Positions 1-12,229 are shown, numbered from the stretch's first letter. The stretch: DNA of 64,000 nucleotides from Octopus vulgaris (GCA_951406725.2 OX597821.1:50964001-51028000), one strand, 5' to 3'. The notes: generated by a model from the letters alone, not told the origin. Translations and numbers: made by a program.

Positions 1-728
1 GTAAAAAAAGCCTATTGGTTTATTTTATATTTTACATGAAAATATATCTTTTTAAAGGGCTCTGTAATGACATTTGGGACAAGTAGCTGTATCATGAAAT
101 AGAGGCTAAATTCAGTATTTATTTACGATTTAGACTAAATGTAATAAATCTCAGCGTAGGCAAAGGCCTACGAATTATTACTTCCGAATGTCTAATAATT
201 GAAACCGGAACTAATGTCAAAAAACCGGCATTTCCTTTTTCAAAAGCACCGATACGTTATTGGTAATTGCAGTTACAATTTTGGAGTTTAAGGTCTTCAG
301 TGGCTTATCTTTTCAATAAGTATTTTATAGTAACTTTCTAACGCGATGTGGTAGAACGGCCACAAATAACAGAGAGGCTCGAATTCTTGGGAAGTATAGG
401 CAAGAAAAACCTTTCTGTGATATTTAGAGTGATTCGCTCGCAAAGTTTTGTCAAGTGTGTTAGTACTGGAAATTAGGTTCACGCTGAAGCTCATCAGGAT
501 GTAAATTTTTTTCGCGGTCTTTACCAATACTTGAAGAAGTTATTCTCTTCGTTTTGCAGCACTTGGTTGACTACCTATCTTTGCTGCTATTCCACGGCAG
601 ATGGTTTCTGAAAGATACCAGAAAACACAAGAAGGCTGTTTCCATTGAACATAAGCCTCTTAAGCCCTTTTTCACACACGCACACACGTATTTTCATAAA
701 TACGTATGGGTGTAATCATATATATATA

Positions 729-771
<43 letters not shown>

Positions 772-854
772 ACGTGTGTGAGTGTGTGTGCGCGCGCATA
801 CAAATATGTGTAGATATGTCTGTTCCTATACAGTTGTATATATATATATATATA

Positions 855-1330
855 TCTCTTATTATAAAAGGCAGATTTTATCTGCCTCCCTTTGGGAGTT
901 ATACAAATCTACAATATAGGATTTCTTCAATTACAATTTACCTTGCATTTTTAAGAGTACAATGCATCGCGTCATGCCAGGTCCAGTTTTTAAAATTTAA
1001 ACTCCAGTTAAGCAAAATTTACAGAAAACTCACATTCTGGTGTGTGTGTCAAATGCTTTTCTTAGTCTGGTTTACAGCACACGCAAACGCACACACACAG
1101 TGGGCAACGAATAAAATGAAAGTAATTGACTTACTGTAGTGAGTGATTCTTTCACTCTGCCTCCCACTTCCTCTTTCCACACAGACACGCAAATATATAA
1201 ATAAAATTGTAAGCTAACGTGCGTGTGTGTGAGTGGGGGTGTGTGGGTGTGCGCGTGTGTGTGTGTGTGAGGGTGCGTGTGTGTGTGTGTGTGTGCGTGT
1301 GCGTGAGTGTGTGACAGGAAAGTTTTTTTA
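855..1330 (+). mobile_element. Possible Helitron-like 5' fragment
   Basis: Starts A|TCTCTTATTATAAAAG after (TA)n, similar to the TCTTTATATATAAAAG start of the Helitron copies here; no 3' hairpin-CTAG seen. Confidence 0.3.
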
Positions 1331-1364
1331 CGACGAATATAACACCTATATCCAAGTAGCAGAA

Positions 1365-1845
1365 AGATAAGACAGTAAGGTGTGATTTGAGGGAGATTTG
1401 GCTGCTATTTCTACCAGGTCTAGCTGCCATGTAGGGGTCACCCTCATAGGCTCATACATACATATATACATAGATAAGACAGTAAGGTGTGATTTGGGGG
1501 AAATTTGGCTGCTATTTCTACCAGGTCTAGCTGCCATGTAGGGATCTCCCTCATAGGCTCATACATACATATATACATAGATAAGACAGTAAGGTGTGAT
1601 TTGGGGGAAATTTGGCTGCTATTTCTACCAGGTCTAGCTGCCATGTAGGGGTCTCCCTCATAGGCTCATACATACATATATACATAGATAAGACAGTAAG
1701 GTGTGATTTGGGGGAAATTTGGCTGCTATTTCTACCAGGTCTAGCTACCATGTAGAGGTCCCCCTCATTGGCTCATATATATATACATACATAAGACAGT
1801 AAGGTGTGATTTGAGGGAGATTTGGCTGCTGTTTCTACCAGGTCT
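1365..1845. repeat. 107-bp tandem repeat, about 4.5 units
   Basis: AGATAAGACAGTAAGGTGTGATTTG recurs at 1365, 1472, 1579, 1686 and about 1790; ORF track shows the same peptide at 107-bp offsets. Confidence 0.95.
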
Positions 1846-1911
1846 GTTAGGCCTTCTCATGTAAACTCAAGCTTTCTCATGCCTTCAACATATGACCAAA
1901 GCAGAGAATGT

Positions 1912-2168
1912 ATTCTTTTATTCTTCTGCTTTTTCCAGCCATTGGTCTGTGGCCAAGCTGGGGCAATGCCTTGAAGAATTGTAGTTTAATGAATCAACTC
2001 CAGTTTTATTTTTTGTAAGCATTGTACTTATTCTATCTGTTTCCTTTGTCAAACCACTAGGTGACAGGGATGTAAACAAACCAACATTCGTTGTCAAGCA
2101 GTGGTGGAGGACAATCAAAAGCACAGACACGCACACACACACACACATACATGCATACACATATACAC

Positions 2169-2199
<31 letters not shown>

Positions 2200-2215
2200 T
2201 ATATGTGTGTATATA
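1912..2215 (-). mobile_element. SINE family A, 3' half, diverged
   Basis: Reverse complement matches the 3' half of 3053-3441 (TGCTTGACAAC...GTTTACATCCC). Confidence 0.75.
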
Positions 2216-2219
2216 TATA

Positions 2220-2542
2220 TTGCAGCGTGGAAGGTGTTTGTAAGCCATTTAAGAAACACACAAAAACCGTTACATTCACTTCAACATTTAAATTTAATTT
2301 GCCAAAATATTTTCGTCGCTTTCAGACCGCGACCTGTTCACTGACAAAAATATCGTGCTAACAGGTCGCGGTCTCAAAGCGACGAAAATATTTTCACAAA
2401 TTAAATTTAAATGTTGAAGTGAATCTAACGGTTTTTGTGTGTTTCTTAAATGGCTTATAAACACCTTCAACGCTGCAACTGTTTTCGTTCCAGCACACGA
2501 TCTCAGATCAAGTCACTTGCTATGCAAGTACATCTCTGTAAC
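2220..2542. mobile_element. Fold-back element (119-bp inverted arms plus about 60-bp tail), Penelope-like terminal structure
   Basis: Arms 2220-2338 and 2360-2478 are near-perfect reverse complements with a 21-bp spacer; flanked by (TA)n. Confidence 0.8.
2298..2348 (-). ncRNA. Minimal type I hammerhead-like motif, G3-C8 core variant
   Basis: Minus strand: TTTGTCA GTGAACA g GTCGC ggtctgaaa GCGAC GAAA ATAT TT TGGCAAA; stems I and II pair and loop III is palindromic. Confidence 0.55.
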
Positions 2543-2646
2543 TATATATATATTTATATATATATATATATATATATGTATATTGGTAAAAACAGTAAGA
2601 TAACAAAAGAAAGAAAGAGACCTCAATATTATGTAAATAGAGGAAA

Positions 2647-3041
2647 TCTTTATATATAAAAGTGAGGTTGTGTGTCTGTCTCCTACGATTTAGATTCCTA
2701 ACTACTCCCACATTTTGCGGTGCAGTTTAACCAAAACCGGGTATCTTATAGTCGTGATTCATATCGAGACCGTCTGGGTATTAGCGCGCGTCTACGATGA
2801 GTCTACGATTTAAAAAAAAATTTACCATCAATTTTTCCCATTTTTAATCCATTTTTGACATATATAAGAGAAGTAACTCTCTAAAATTTATTATTAAATC
2901 TCAGAACGTAAAAAGCTACAGTAACACCCCTCCCCCTTTGTGGTTAGCCATATTGAGATGGCTATTATACTTTACATCTCTAAAAATGCTTATATAATTA
3001 TTTCCCTTACAAACCCGAGCAACGCCGGGCGATACTGCTAA
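2647..3041 (+). mobile_element. Non-autonomous Helitron, copy 1
   Basis: 5' TC, 3' GC-rich hairpin CCCGAGCAACGCCGGG followed by CTAA (CTRR), inserted between A and T, no TSD; two further copies in the window. Confidence 0.85.
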
Positions 3042-3052
3042 TATATATATAT

Positions 3053-3441
3053 AGGCGCAGGAGTGGCTGTGTGGTAAGTAGCTTGCTCACCAACCACATG
3101 GTTCTGGGTTCAGTCCCACTGCGTGGCATCTTGGGCAAGTGTCTTCTGCTATAGCCCCGGGCCGACCAATGCCTTGTGAGTGGATTTGGTAGACGGAAAC
3201 TGAAAGAAGCCTGTCGTATATATGTATATATATATGTATGTGTGTTTGTGTTTGTCCCCCTAGCATTGCTTGACAACCGATGCTGGTGTGTTTACGTCCC
3301 CGTCACTTAGCGGTTCGACAAAAGAGACCGATAGAATAAGTACTGGGCTTACAAAGAATAAATCCCGGGGTCGATTTGCTCGACTAAAGGCGCTGATCCA
3401 GCATGGTCGCAGTCAAATGACAAACAAGTAAAAGAGTAAAA
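3053..3441 (+). mobile_element. tRNA-derived SINE family A, full length
   Basis: A-box-like TGGCTGTGTGG, B-box-like GGTTCAGTCCC, internal (TA/TG)n, AAGTAAAAG tail; many copies in the window. Confidence 0.9.
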
Positions 3442-3444
3442 GCG

Positions 3445-3523
<79 letters not shown>

Positions 3524-4152
3524 GTGTTTGTTTCTGTGTGTATTTTTGAATTGTCCTTTGTTAAATATATATCCATTTTCTATTCAATTTTATAAATTTA
3601 ATATACACCCATGTAATTTGTAAGGTTTTCTCTGCAAAATTGGATATTTAATAGAAGAGTAAGTGAAAGATTGGATGTTTTCATCCCTTTTTCGTTATAT
3701 ATATATATATATAAATAAACATATATATATATTTTTTCATAGACATTAATATACATACCTCCCATATACATATAGTTTACATGTCACTTTTAATGGACAG
3801 TTACCATGGGACAAAATTGTTGTAGCTGTGAAAGATTAAGACTTCAAAATGCTGAATTCATGTCTGAAAGAAAAGCCCCTCCTAAGTTACAAACCAACAC
3901 GCACCGCCCAGAAAAAACATAAGTGCATGCACACATACTCATCACACACTTCCCTTATGCACATCTATCTGTCTGCATGTATATGTGTGCATATGCGTGC
4001 GCACGCGCGCGCGTGTGTGATGCATTGAAGGGAATTTGCAATATCATATCCGGTCACAATACATGGATAAATGTTTACGGCAAGATTGCATGTTACAACT
4101 CAATCCAGGCAACTTTTCAAATGAACATTATCTGGAAGTCACCTTGACATAT

Positions 4153-4353
4153 GCGACGAAGTGCTGAAAAGTTCCTGGCTTCGGGTAAAAGAGAATACAG
4201 GAGGAGAAATTAAATATCATTTTATTCAACATACTCTCCTCTCAGATTCACACATTGCAGCGGTTCTTTACTTTTTCTAATCCTTGTAAAAGGACTCGGA
4301 AAGCTGAGCGTACAGCCAGGCCTTTTTTGATACCCTTAAAGCACCTCTCCGTA
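4153..4353. mobile_element. Non-autonomous mariner-like MITE
   Basis: Left end GTGCTGAAAAGTTCC and partial inverted right end AGCACCTCTCCG-TA; end sequence resembles those at 5320 and 42942. Confidence 0.6.
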
Positions 4354-4822
4354 GAAAGTACAAAAATATGTGTTCTGTCAAACCATATTTACATGCAAAT
4401 GCATACTCCCATGGACTTAGATATACACGCATGCACATTCTACAGTGTTTCTGTTTGTCTTGTCAACATTTAGAAACTGCTGCTCGGTTTGATTTTCGAT
4501 CGAGATATTGAATATTGCACACGTTTGATATTCTTTCATAGAACAAGCCAGATAGCATTATATATACATATATAATTGAGAATGAGTTGAATTAGGTACT
4601 TAAGTTGAAGCACTAAGTCAGTCCGGTATTGAGAAATCCATGCTGTCGCTATTGTAACTAAGAATAGACTACACTTCCAAGAATCGCATGAAGCCCATTG
4701 TGTAGTCAATTCTTAGCTATGCTAGCGACAACATGAACTTCTTCCATCTTTTTGCTTTGTTAAAGTATTTGAGAAAAATTATATTAATGTGTCCAACTGG
4801 TTAAAATTCTATTTATTTATTC

Positions 4823-4910
4823 GTGCAGCTGATGATGACACTGCATCTGAATTGATGTAATGATTACATTGTTCAATTAAATAAAGCCGCTTGAAACAGT
4901 CGTACTGCAT
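4823..4910 (+). ncRNA. Type I hammerhead-like motif, canonical C3-G8 core with long stem II
   Basis: GTGCAG CTGATGA ...(internal hairpin ATGTAAT/ATTACAT, AATTGA/TCAATT)... GAAA C AGTC G TA CTGCAT; base of stem II is imperfect. Confidence 0.55.
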
Positions 4911-5319
4911 CACTACTTGATATCATGTTGCTTATTTTGATTATTTGATTATATATATATACACATATGTATAAATACATATACATATACACTCATATAT
5001 ATACACACACATGTATATATATATATATAAATATGAATATTTTATATATATATATCTCATATTAATATGTAGATAACGTGCATGTCAGTATCTATCTGCG
5101 CACACACACATATTTATATATACATATATACAGGCAAGTACACTCAAATATTTGAAGCTAGAGATTCAGTTCTCTGCTTGTGCATTTATTTAGCTGAAGA
5201 ACATCCACAGAACAGAAACTGAATATAACGATGTTATATTATATTACTGATGGTGAATGCATGATCGATTGTTACTAATCTGCTTAGCACCCGTTTCACA
5301 TGTAACGAACACACATTTA

Positions 5320-6185
5320 CGAAAGTTGACTGAAAAGTTCATATGCTTAGCAAAACTTTCATGGAATGTGACGAAATGAAATTTAATTTTCAGCATTATC
5401 TTTCTTTGCGGTCCTCATTCTGCTTCCATCTCTATTGCAGTGCTTGGATCTCACCTGTAAAAAGCTTTCACCCAGTTAGTCAAGAAAAGTCATCAACTGC
5501 ATGTATGACGTCATCATCACTGCGATACTGATTCCAAGCCAAATGCTTTTTATTTTTGTGTTGGGAACAGATGGTAGAGGGGTCTAAATCAGGAGAATAT
5601 GGACGGTTATCAATTAGTTCAAAGCCACAGTCTCTCACAGTAGCCATTGAAAGCAAGGACGTGTGTGCTGGGACGTTGTTCTGATGAAACAAGGCACCTT
5701 TCGTCAATTTTTCTGGCCTTGATAGCTTTTTGTAACTGCCTCAGCAAGTTGGCATACTATTCTTCATTGATAGTGTGGCTATTTTGAAGGTAGTCAATAA
5801 ACACAATACCTTTTGCATCACAAACAACTGAGGCTATCATCTTCCCTGTAGGTGAAACGACGTTGACCTACTTCGGAACAGGTGAGGAGAGGTTCTTCCA
5901 CTACACGGATTTTCTCTTTGCCTCTGGCTTAAAGTGATTAAAACAACACTCATCTTGAGTTTGTAAACGTTCAAGGAAACCAGTTGTATTTGCCTTAAAC
6001 AAAGGAAGAATTTGCAGTGATGTGATCAGGCTGGTAGACGTTGATCAGGTGTCAGAAGACGTGGCACACAGAGAGCAGAAACTCTCACCATGCCAAGTTC
6101 GTTTTGCAGAATATTCTCCCCCCTCTTAAGGGATATGCTAATAACATTGACTATTTGGTTTATAAACAACCACCTGTCATCTTTG
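5320..6185 (-). mobile_element. Decayed mariner (DD34D) transposon
   Basis: ORF 5480-5707 FHQNNVPAH...RPYSPDLDPS matches mariner HDNAPAH/PYSPDLAP; TA-CG..CTGAAAAGTTC terminal sequence. Confidence 0.9.
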
Positions 6186-7084
6186 ACTCGATTAATAAAT
6201 ACCGACGAAATGCCGCTAAGCTTTTTGTTCGCTTTAACCGTATGTAGTAATAATAAATTCTAACCCAGGTATGAGGTTACAAATACAGAGGTAGGCATAC
6301 TCGAACGCTTGCCTAGTATTATATGTTATCGACTTCGAAAGGATGAAAGAATTTCAACGAGATTTGAACTTAAAGCGTAAAGAGCAAGTAAGCAATGTAC
6401 AAGGTATTTTTCTGATACTCTAACGATTCTTACAATCACTACCACTTTGACCACATGTAGCATTTATGTTAATGATTACTAGGAAGAAAGATTACTCCAA
6501 TTTGGATATTGAACTTCAAAATCTCTTTAATGCAAACATGTTAATATTGAAACATTCAGAGTGAAATTTCGCACTATAAATTGACTGCATTCAGAAAGTG
6601 AAGAAGTTCAGTCAGTTATTTTGACTATAATTATCAACCAATTGGGATTTAAAATGGAAATACTAATTAATACCACCGAGTTTAATTATTTAAAAATGCT
6701 GATCATACTTCAGAACTCACGATAATGTAAATTACTGTATAGCTATACATCTAAAATTCGCACTTTACCATATAACACTCAACGGAAACACATTGACTTT
6801 GTTGAAATATCAAACAGCTGCCAAAATCAAGGAACTTTGAGTAAACCAAAATGACAAAATAACGGCTTTATTTTACTGAAATTCGATGACCTTTATAGAA
6901 ATAATGATAAATAATGTAATGATACGGACATAAACTATACACAGGAGAAAACGCACAGCTTCTAAACTGGTACAATATTTTCACAAATACTTAAAGAATA
7001 TGTCTGTTGGTTCCACTGATAAAAACTGGTGCGCTTACACGTTGTTCATTACTTCCCTTCGTATGTTATTTGAAAGCCGCTCGT

Positions 7085-8035
7085 ATGAGCATGCGACTTA
7101 ATCTAATTCGGAAATTTATGGTTTACGAGTTCAAGCTGAGCCATAACATCTCAGAAGCAGCCAAAACATTTGTTGAACCTCGATGATCAGGTAAGGTCAG
7201 GTAGGACTTTAGAGGTGTATTCGGGGCAGTACTTCAAGTTATAGAGGCAAATTCAGTAAGTAGGACTCGGAGAGTATCAGGTAAGCTCAACATAACACAG
7301 TCCAATGTGGTTCGTTACTTTCACGACCTCGGCAAAAGCATCCGGAGCTACCGAATTGTGCCTTACGAATTTACCCCAGCTCAGGCTCATAGGCGAATGG
7401 GTGTTTGCAAGGAACTCTTGGAAAATCCGCGTCTGCGTTTCTTTAAGAGGATGATAACGTGCGATGGAAACTAGATATTTTTCCGCAATTCTAACATGCA
7501 TAAGCAGTAGTTAAGCAAGGTTCAGCTTCCAGAATATGTCACCAAACATGGGCGTTTTGAATACCAGGTTATGCAGTGCGTCTGATGGAATTATGAGGAA
7601 ATAATTCAATAGGACGGTCGAACTATCTATGCTGACCTGTACTCTGAACAACTGGATCAGATGGATGCTACCGTGCGGCAAAAATATCTCGCATTGATTA
7701 AAAGGAAACCGAGCTCTTCTGCAGCAAGACAACGTGAGACAACGCAAGAGCACCCGAACGACTCGGAATAAACTCGAGGAACTTGAGGGAATCGAACCGA
7801 TGCCGCACCCAGTGTATACTCTAAACCCAGCACAACTAAGAGGAGGTGGAGTTGGAAGCAAGAGCTCTTCGCTTCCAATGACTAGAGCCAGTATGAACGT
7901 GGGATCATAGAACTTGTATAAAAAATAGCTTCAGACGATGCAACACGACGGCCTCTACATCGAATGCTTGGCTGTTATCGTTGTAATTTAAAGAATCAGG
8001 CAAATTAGTAACCTAATCATTGCAAAAATTTTGAT
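7085..8035 (+). mobile_element. Decayed mariner transposon
   Basis: Frameshifted IRKFMVYEFKLSHNISEAAK (mariner N-terminal HTH), QDN, MPHPVYTLNP (HPPYSPDLAP-like). Confidence 0.8.
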
Positions 8036-8397
8036 CTAATCGTGTAACTGCGAGGAATTGCGTGATATGTAACTGAAAAATTGATTCCAATCCCTAAAAA
8101 CTTGTCAACAACACTTAAATTTCAGATTGTCATTACAGGAAGGAATAAACTGCGCCATCTATCAATTCCAGCGTCAGTTTGTGTTTGGTTGGACAGTTCG
8201 TGTACAGTTACAGAGTTTTACGTCATAGATTAATAGCCTCATCTCTGAATAAATAAAGAAAAGAAATTAATTATTGTTTTGTAAGAACATAAGTTTTCTA
8301 TAGTATATTTACGATTTCTGTTTTCGACTTAAATTTCTAAGTTATTTTCGGGACATGGAACATGATAGTGTCGCGTTATCTAAGAATGCTGCTGCTG

Positions 8398-8472
<75 letters not shown>

Positions 8473-8482
8473 GTAGTAGTAG
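8398..8482. repeat. (CTA)n microsatellite switching to (TAG)n
   Basis: Direct reading. Confidence 0.95.
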
Positions 8483-8989
8483 CAATGACAGCCATAGTAT
8501 AGCTCAACTTGGTTACTGAATCTGTGGGAAATAACAGCCAAATCTCCTTCAAATCACGTATTCCCGTCTTAAAAAAAGGACATATTGGTCCATGTAATGC
8601 TAGATACATTATGTCTAAAAATAAAGAAAAATTAGTGTTTAGCCATGGATTGAATAGTCATAACCGTTCTCGAATCAAGCTAAACAACACCACCAGCACC
8701 ACCTGCACGACCTGCACCAACACCAACACAAAAAACGGCACCGCCATCCACTACCACTGCCAAAAACAATACCAGGAACAAAAATGAATATTGCGAGATT
8801 TGAAATTCTTAAATATTTATAAGGTGTTATAAATGACGAGTATATACACTGAAGTTAATTGTGATTCTCATTCTAAGTAAAAGAATTCTTTTCTTATTTC
8901 CGCAAAGAATTCCATGCTTACGAAGATATATAGGAAATATACAGCTGAAAGTTTTCTTCGGCATCTCCCTCACCGTATGTGTGGATGTA

Positions 8990-9108
<119 letters not shown>

Positions 9109-9111
9109 ATG

Positions 9112-9420
9112 TCTTATTTACTTGATTCAGTCAATAGACTGTGGGTGCAATAATATATGTTTCCATTCCTTTTATTATTATTCCCGTTTCATCCACTGGA
9201 GCGTGGTCGAACAAATCAACACTGGAGCTTTTTCAGATTAGTACTTATTTCATCCTTTCTTGTTTGGCCAAACCGCCATGTTGCGGAGGCGCTTACAGAC
9301 CAACTTCAGTTGCTAAGTATTGGGGAGAAAAAAAAAACAAAGACACACACACACGTATAAATACACACGCTCATATATTCGACGGAATTCCTCTCTTGCA
9401 AATTTAAACACAAGGCAGTA
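9112..9420 (-). mobile_element. SINE family A, old diverged copy
   Basis: CAGTCAATAGACTGTGG, CCAAACCGC and AAACACAAGGC blocks align with the reverse complement of family A. Confidence 0.55.
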
Positions 9421-9599
9421 GAGATTAATTCGATGCTTCATGATTGCGAAGCTATCTTCATCATCATAGAGCCATTTTTAGAAGGTGTGAGTGTGCGTGC
9501 GTGTGTTTGTGTTATGTATATATATATATATATACATACGTTTCAGTGAGTGTCATGCATATTGCTTGATTGCATGTAGCAAGCTCTTTTAGATAGAGA

Positions 9600-10246
9600 A
9601 ATTTACCTCTGTTGCTGAGTTGTAGCAGACTTCAATATGCAGTAGAAATATGGGTGCGATATCTGGGTAGGTGTTAGTGGTGGCCATGCTGGGTCTGTCA
9701 TATGATACGGTCTTGTGCATTGTAATGCAAGGCTTTGAGCTTGCATCCTGTGCATCCATGTCAGATGCTGTACTATTTTCTGGGTTATGTTAAAAAAAGA
9801 CTGTCGTTCTGTTGCTGCAGTTCGTACAGCCTCTGCATATTGCCTTTTGAGGGGTGCAGAATGCATGCGGTGATCTCTTTCCTTACTCGTTTGAGACGTG
9901 TTTCTTCCAGTTAGTGCACTATTAGTCTGCAGATACATGCTTGATGACTTCCTTCAATGTTTTTGCTGGTTTTGTTTCATGTTTCCCTGCTTGTGGTTCC
10001 AATAAGTTTTGGGATGGGCAAGGCTGCTGCCCTCTCCTGTTTCTCAAGGTCAGCAGGTGCCATTTAAGTAAAATTTACATACAACCTGGGCTGTCAGTTT
10101 CCATCCTTATGCGTCTTCGTTTATCCTTTTGGCGTTTTGGGTTTTTGTCTTTTTTCTTGTTCTTCTTGTTATTTTTGGACATCAGGGCATCAGTTTTTCT
10201 GGCTGTGTCAGCTTTTTTTTTATCTGCCTCTGTTTATCAACACACT
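9600..10246 (-). pseudogene. Decayed CCCH zinc-finger region, LINE ORF1-like
   Basis: 10079-10053 translates CKFYLNGTC followed by *P*ETGEGSSLAHPKTY (degenerate C3H1); Lys-rich upstream segment; multiple stops. Confidence 0.5.
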
Positions 10247-10705
10247 CTAGCTTTGACTATTCTTATTGCAGCTGTTGCTGGTGTTAGTTTTTTTGGGGGG
10301 GCCAGTGATGTTCATAGATTCTTTTTCAGTGCTGCTTTTGGGGTCAGTGATGTTTGCAGTTTCTTTTTTGACACTGTTTGTTTGTCCTTCATTGGATTCC
10401 AGGCATGCAGCATCGTCATTGAGCACTCCTGTCTCCATTATGTTTTCTCGAATGTTGATATGCTGCTTGATGAGATCATAGGAGCGTATGAACTCTTGTT
10501 TCTTTCGAACGATCTGTGCCTTGGATCTATGGTAACCATAGCTTTTCAAGGCCGCCGCTATCAGGTCGTTGGACGGAGAACCCTTGCTCATGCTCCAAAC
10601 TTGAATAAAGAAACGGAGCTCCTCGAATTGCCAATTTCGACGCATCTTTGGTATTTTGTTTGCCTGAATCTGACTTTGCATGAATTTGCGGTAGATGGTG
10701 TCCAT
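10247..10705 (-). CDS. 152-aa ORF with Myb/SANT-like (trihelix/MSANTD-type) domain
   Basis: RNWQFEELRFFIQVW...IAAALKSYGYHRSKAQIVRKKQEFIRSY fits the W-x3-E...I.VW...IA..L...GY.RS..Q...K trihelix pattern; the downstream frame is broken, so it may be a pseudogene. Confidence 0.5.
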   Translation of the reverse strand: MDTIYRKFMQSQIQANKIPKMRRNWQFEELRFFIQVWSMSKGSPSNDLIAAALKSYGYHRSKAQIVRKKQEFIRSYDLIKQHINIRENIMETGVLNDDAACLESNEGQTNSVKKETANITDPKSSTEKESMNITGPPKKTNTSNSCNKNSQS

Positions 10706-10829
10706 CTGTTGATTGTTTATAGAATAAAGGCGAGAGAGAGGGAAAGAGAAAGAGTTTGCGAGAATGTGGAAGTTTGTGTCGAAGAGATAAAGAAAGGCAA
10801 GTTCAATGAGAGATGGAATATGAGATAAG

Positions 10830-11230
10830 GGGTCTCAAACAAGGGTCGTTACGTATAGGAGAGAAATAAGGTGGTCTATAATGGGATGGGAGAGAGGGAG
10901 AGAGAGAGAAAGGTATCGTAGCGTGCTAAGATGATTTTAAAATAGTGGTGCAAAAAATCGAAATATGTATCTTTAAGAACGTCCAGAGAGAACGGGAGGG
11001 GAAGAGAGAGAGCGCGCGAGAGAGAGAGACAGAGAGGGAGATAGAGAGAGCGAAAGAGAATGTTTAAGGAAAGAATGTAAGAGAGTCTAAATATTGTGCA
11101 ACTTTACGGACGTTCAGAGAGAGGGGGCGAAAGAGAAAGGTGTTGTTATGCACTGAAAATGGATTCAGAAAGGGAAAGTTTAAGGAGAGAAAATGAAAGA
11201 AAGAGTCTAGATAGTGTATAGTAAATAGAA

Positions 11231-11286
<56 letters not shown>

Positions 11287-11760
11287 TGAGAGAGCATGTT
11301 TAAGGAGAGAATCGAGAAATATTTAGCTCTAGGAAAGCTTTAAGAAGAGAAGGTGGAAGAAAGAAAGAAGAATGGTGTCGTTAATTGCAAAAAAGGAATC
11401 GAGGTAATGTGTTTTAAGGATGTTACATAAAAAACGAGGTAATGAACTTTAAGGGAGTTCGGAAAAAATAGTTATTTTTAACTCTGTAGGGAAGAAGTGG
11501 TATCGTCAAGTGCTAAGACGGCTCTAAATAGTGTACGTTAATTATGTTCGATAATCTAAAGAGACAATGTTTAAGGAAAAATGCGAAAAATATTTACTTA
11601 ACACTAGGAAAGTTTAAGAAGAGATAGTAGAAGAAAGGAGAAAAGAGTGGTGTCGCTAAATGCAAAGATGAATCAAATTAATAAACGTTAAGGGCGTTTG
11701 ATCAGGTAGCGAATATTAGCAAGGAATGTGTAGCTTATACATGGAAGCAAGAACGACTGA
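10830..11760. repeat. Purine-rich degenerate repeat region
   Basis: Recurrent TTTAAGGA, GGTRTCG and TCTARATAGTG motifs, (GA)n tracts, paralogous blocks 11296-11420 and 11567-11695. Confidence 0.65.
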
Positions 11761-12120
11761 AAGAAAAGTGAATGAGGATTGAAATAAAATGACTTAAAAT
11801 ACTTAACTTTAGAAAATATTCAATAAGATACTTACTTAGAATGTGTGCAAGATACAATAAATTCGCCTTACCTTATATTCTTGTCGGAGAAAACGATAAT
11901 AGACTTAAAGATCGCTTAACGGAAGACAATTTTAAAGATTATTATTTTAGTTCAAAACTAAGGACAATGAGTTAGAGTTTCTATGTAGCAATATAATTGA
12001 TTTAGGAGAAACGAACATGTACGAAGTCATTTAAAGAATATCTTTATGTCCTGGACACCTTACTTATATATTTTACACAGATAACAAGTGAGTCAAAATA
12101 CCCACGTAGTCTTCTTATGC

Positions 12121-12172
<52 letters not shown>

Positions 12173-12190
12173 ATATATATTGTGTGTGTG

Positions 12191-12221
<31 letters not shown>

Positions 12222-12229
12222 TATATATA

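Noticed and set aside
297-610. Minus-strand acceptor-like site and short ORF
   Set aside because: All frames contain stops and no domain could be identified; possibly a decayed transposon
1365-1845. CRISPR-like appearance of the 107-bp array
   Set aside because: No unique spacers, eukaryotic context, no cas genes
9941-10828. 295-aa plus-strand ORF, the longest in the window
   Set aside because: Phe/Leu/Ser-rich antisense shadow of the minus-strand Lys-rich and Myb-like sequence; no recognisable domain
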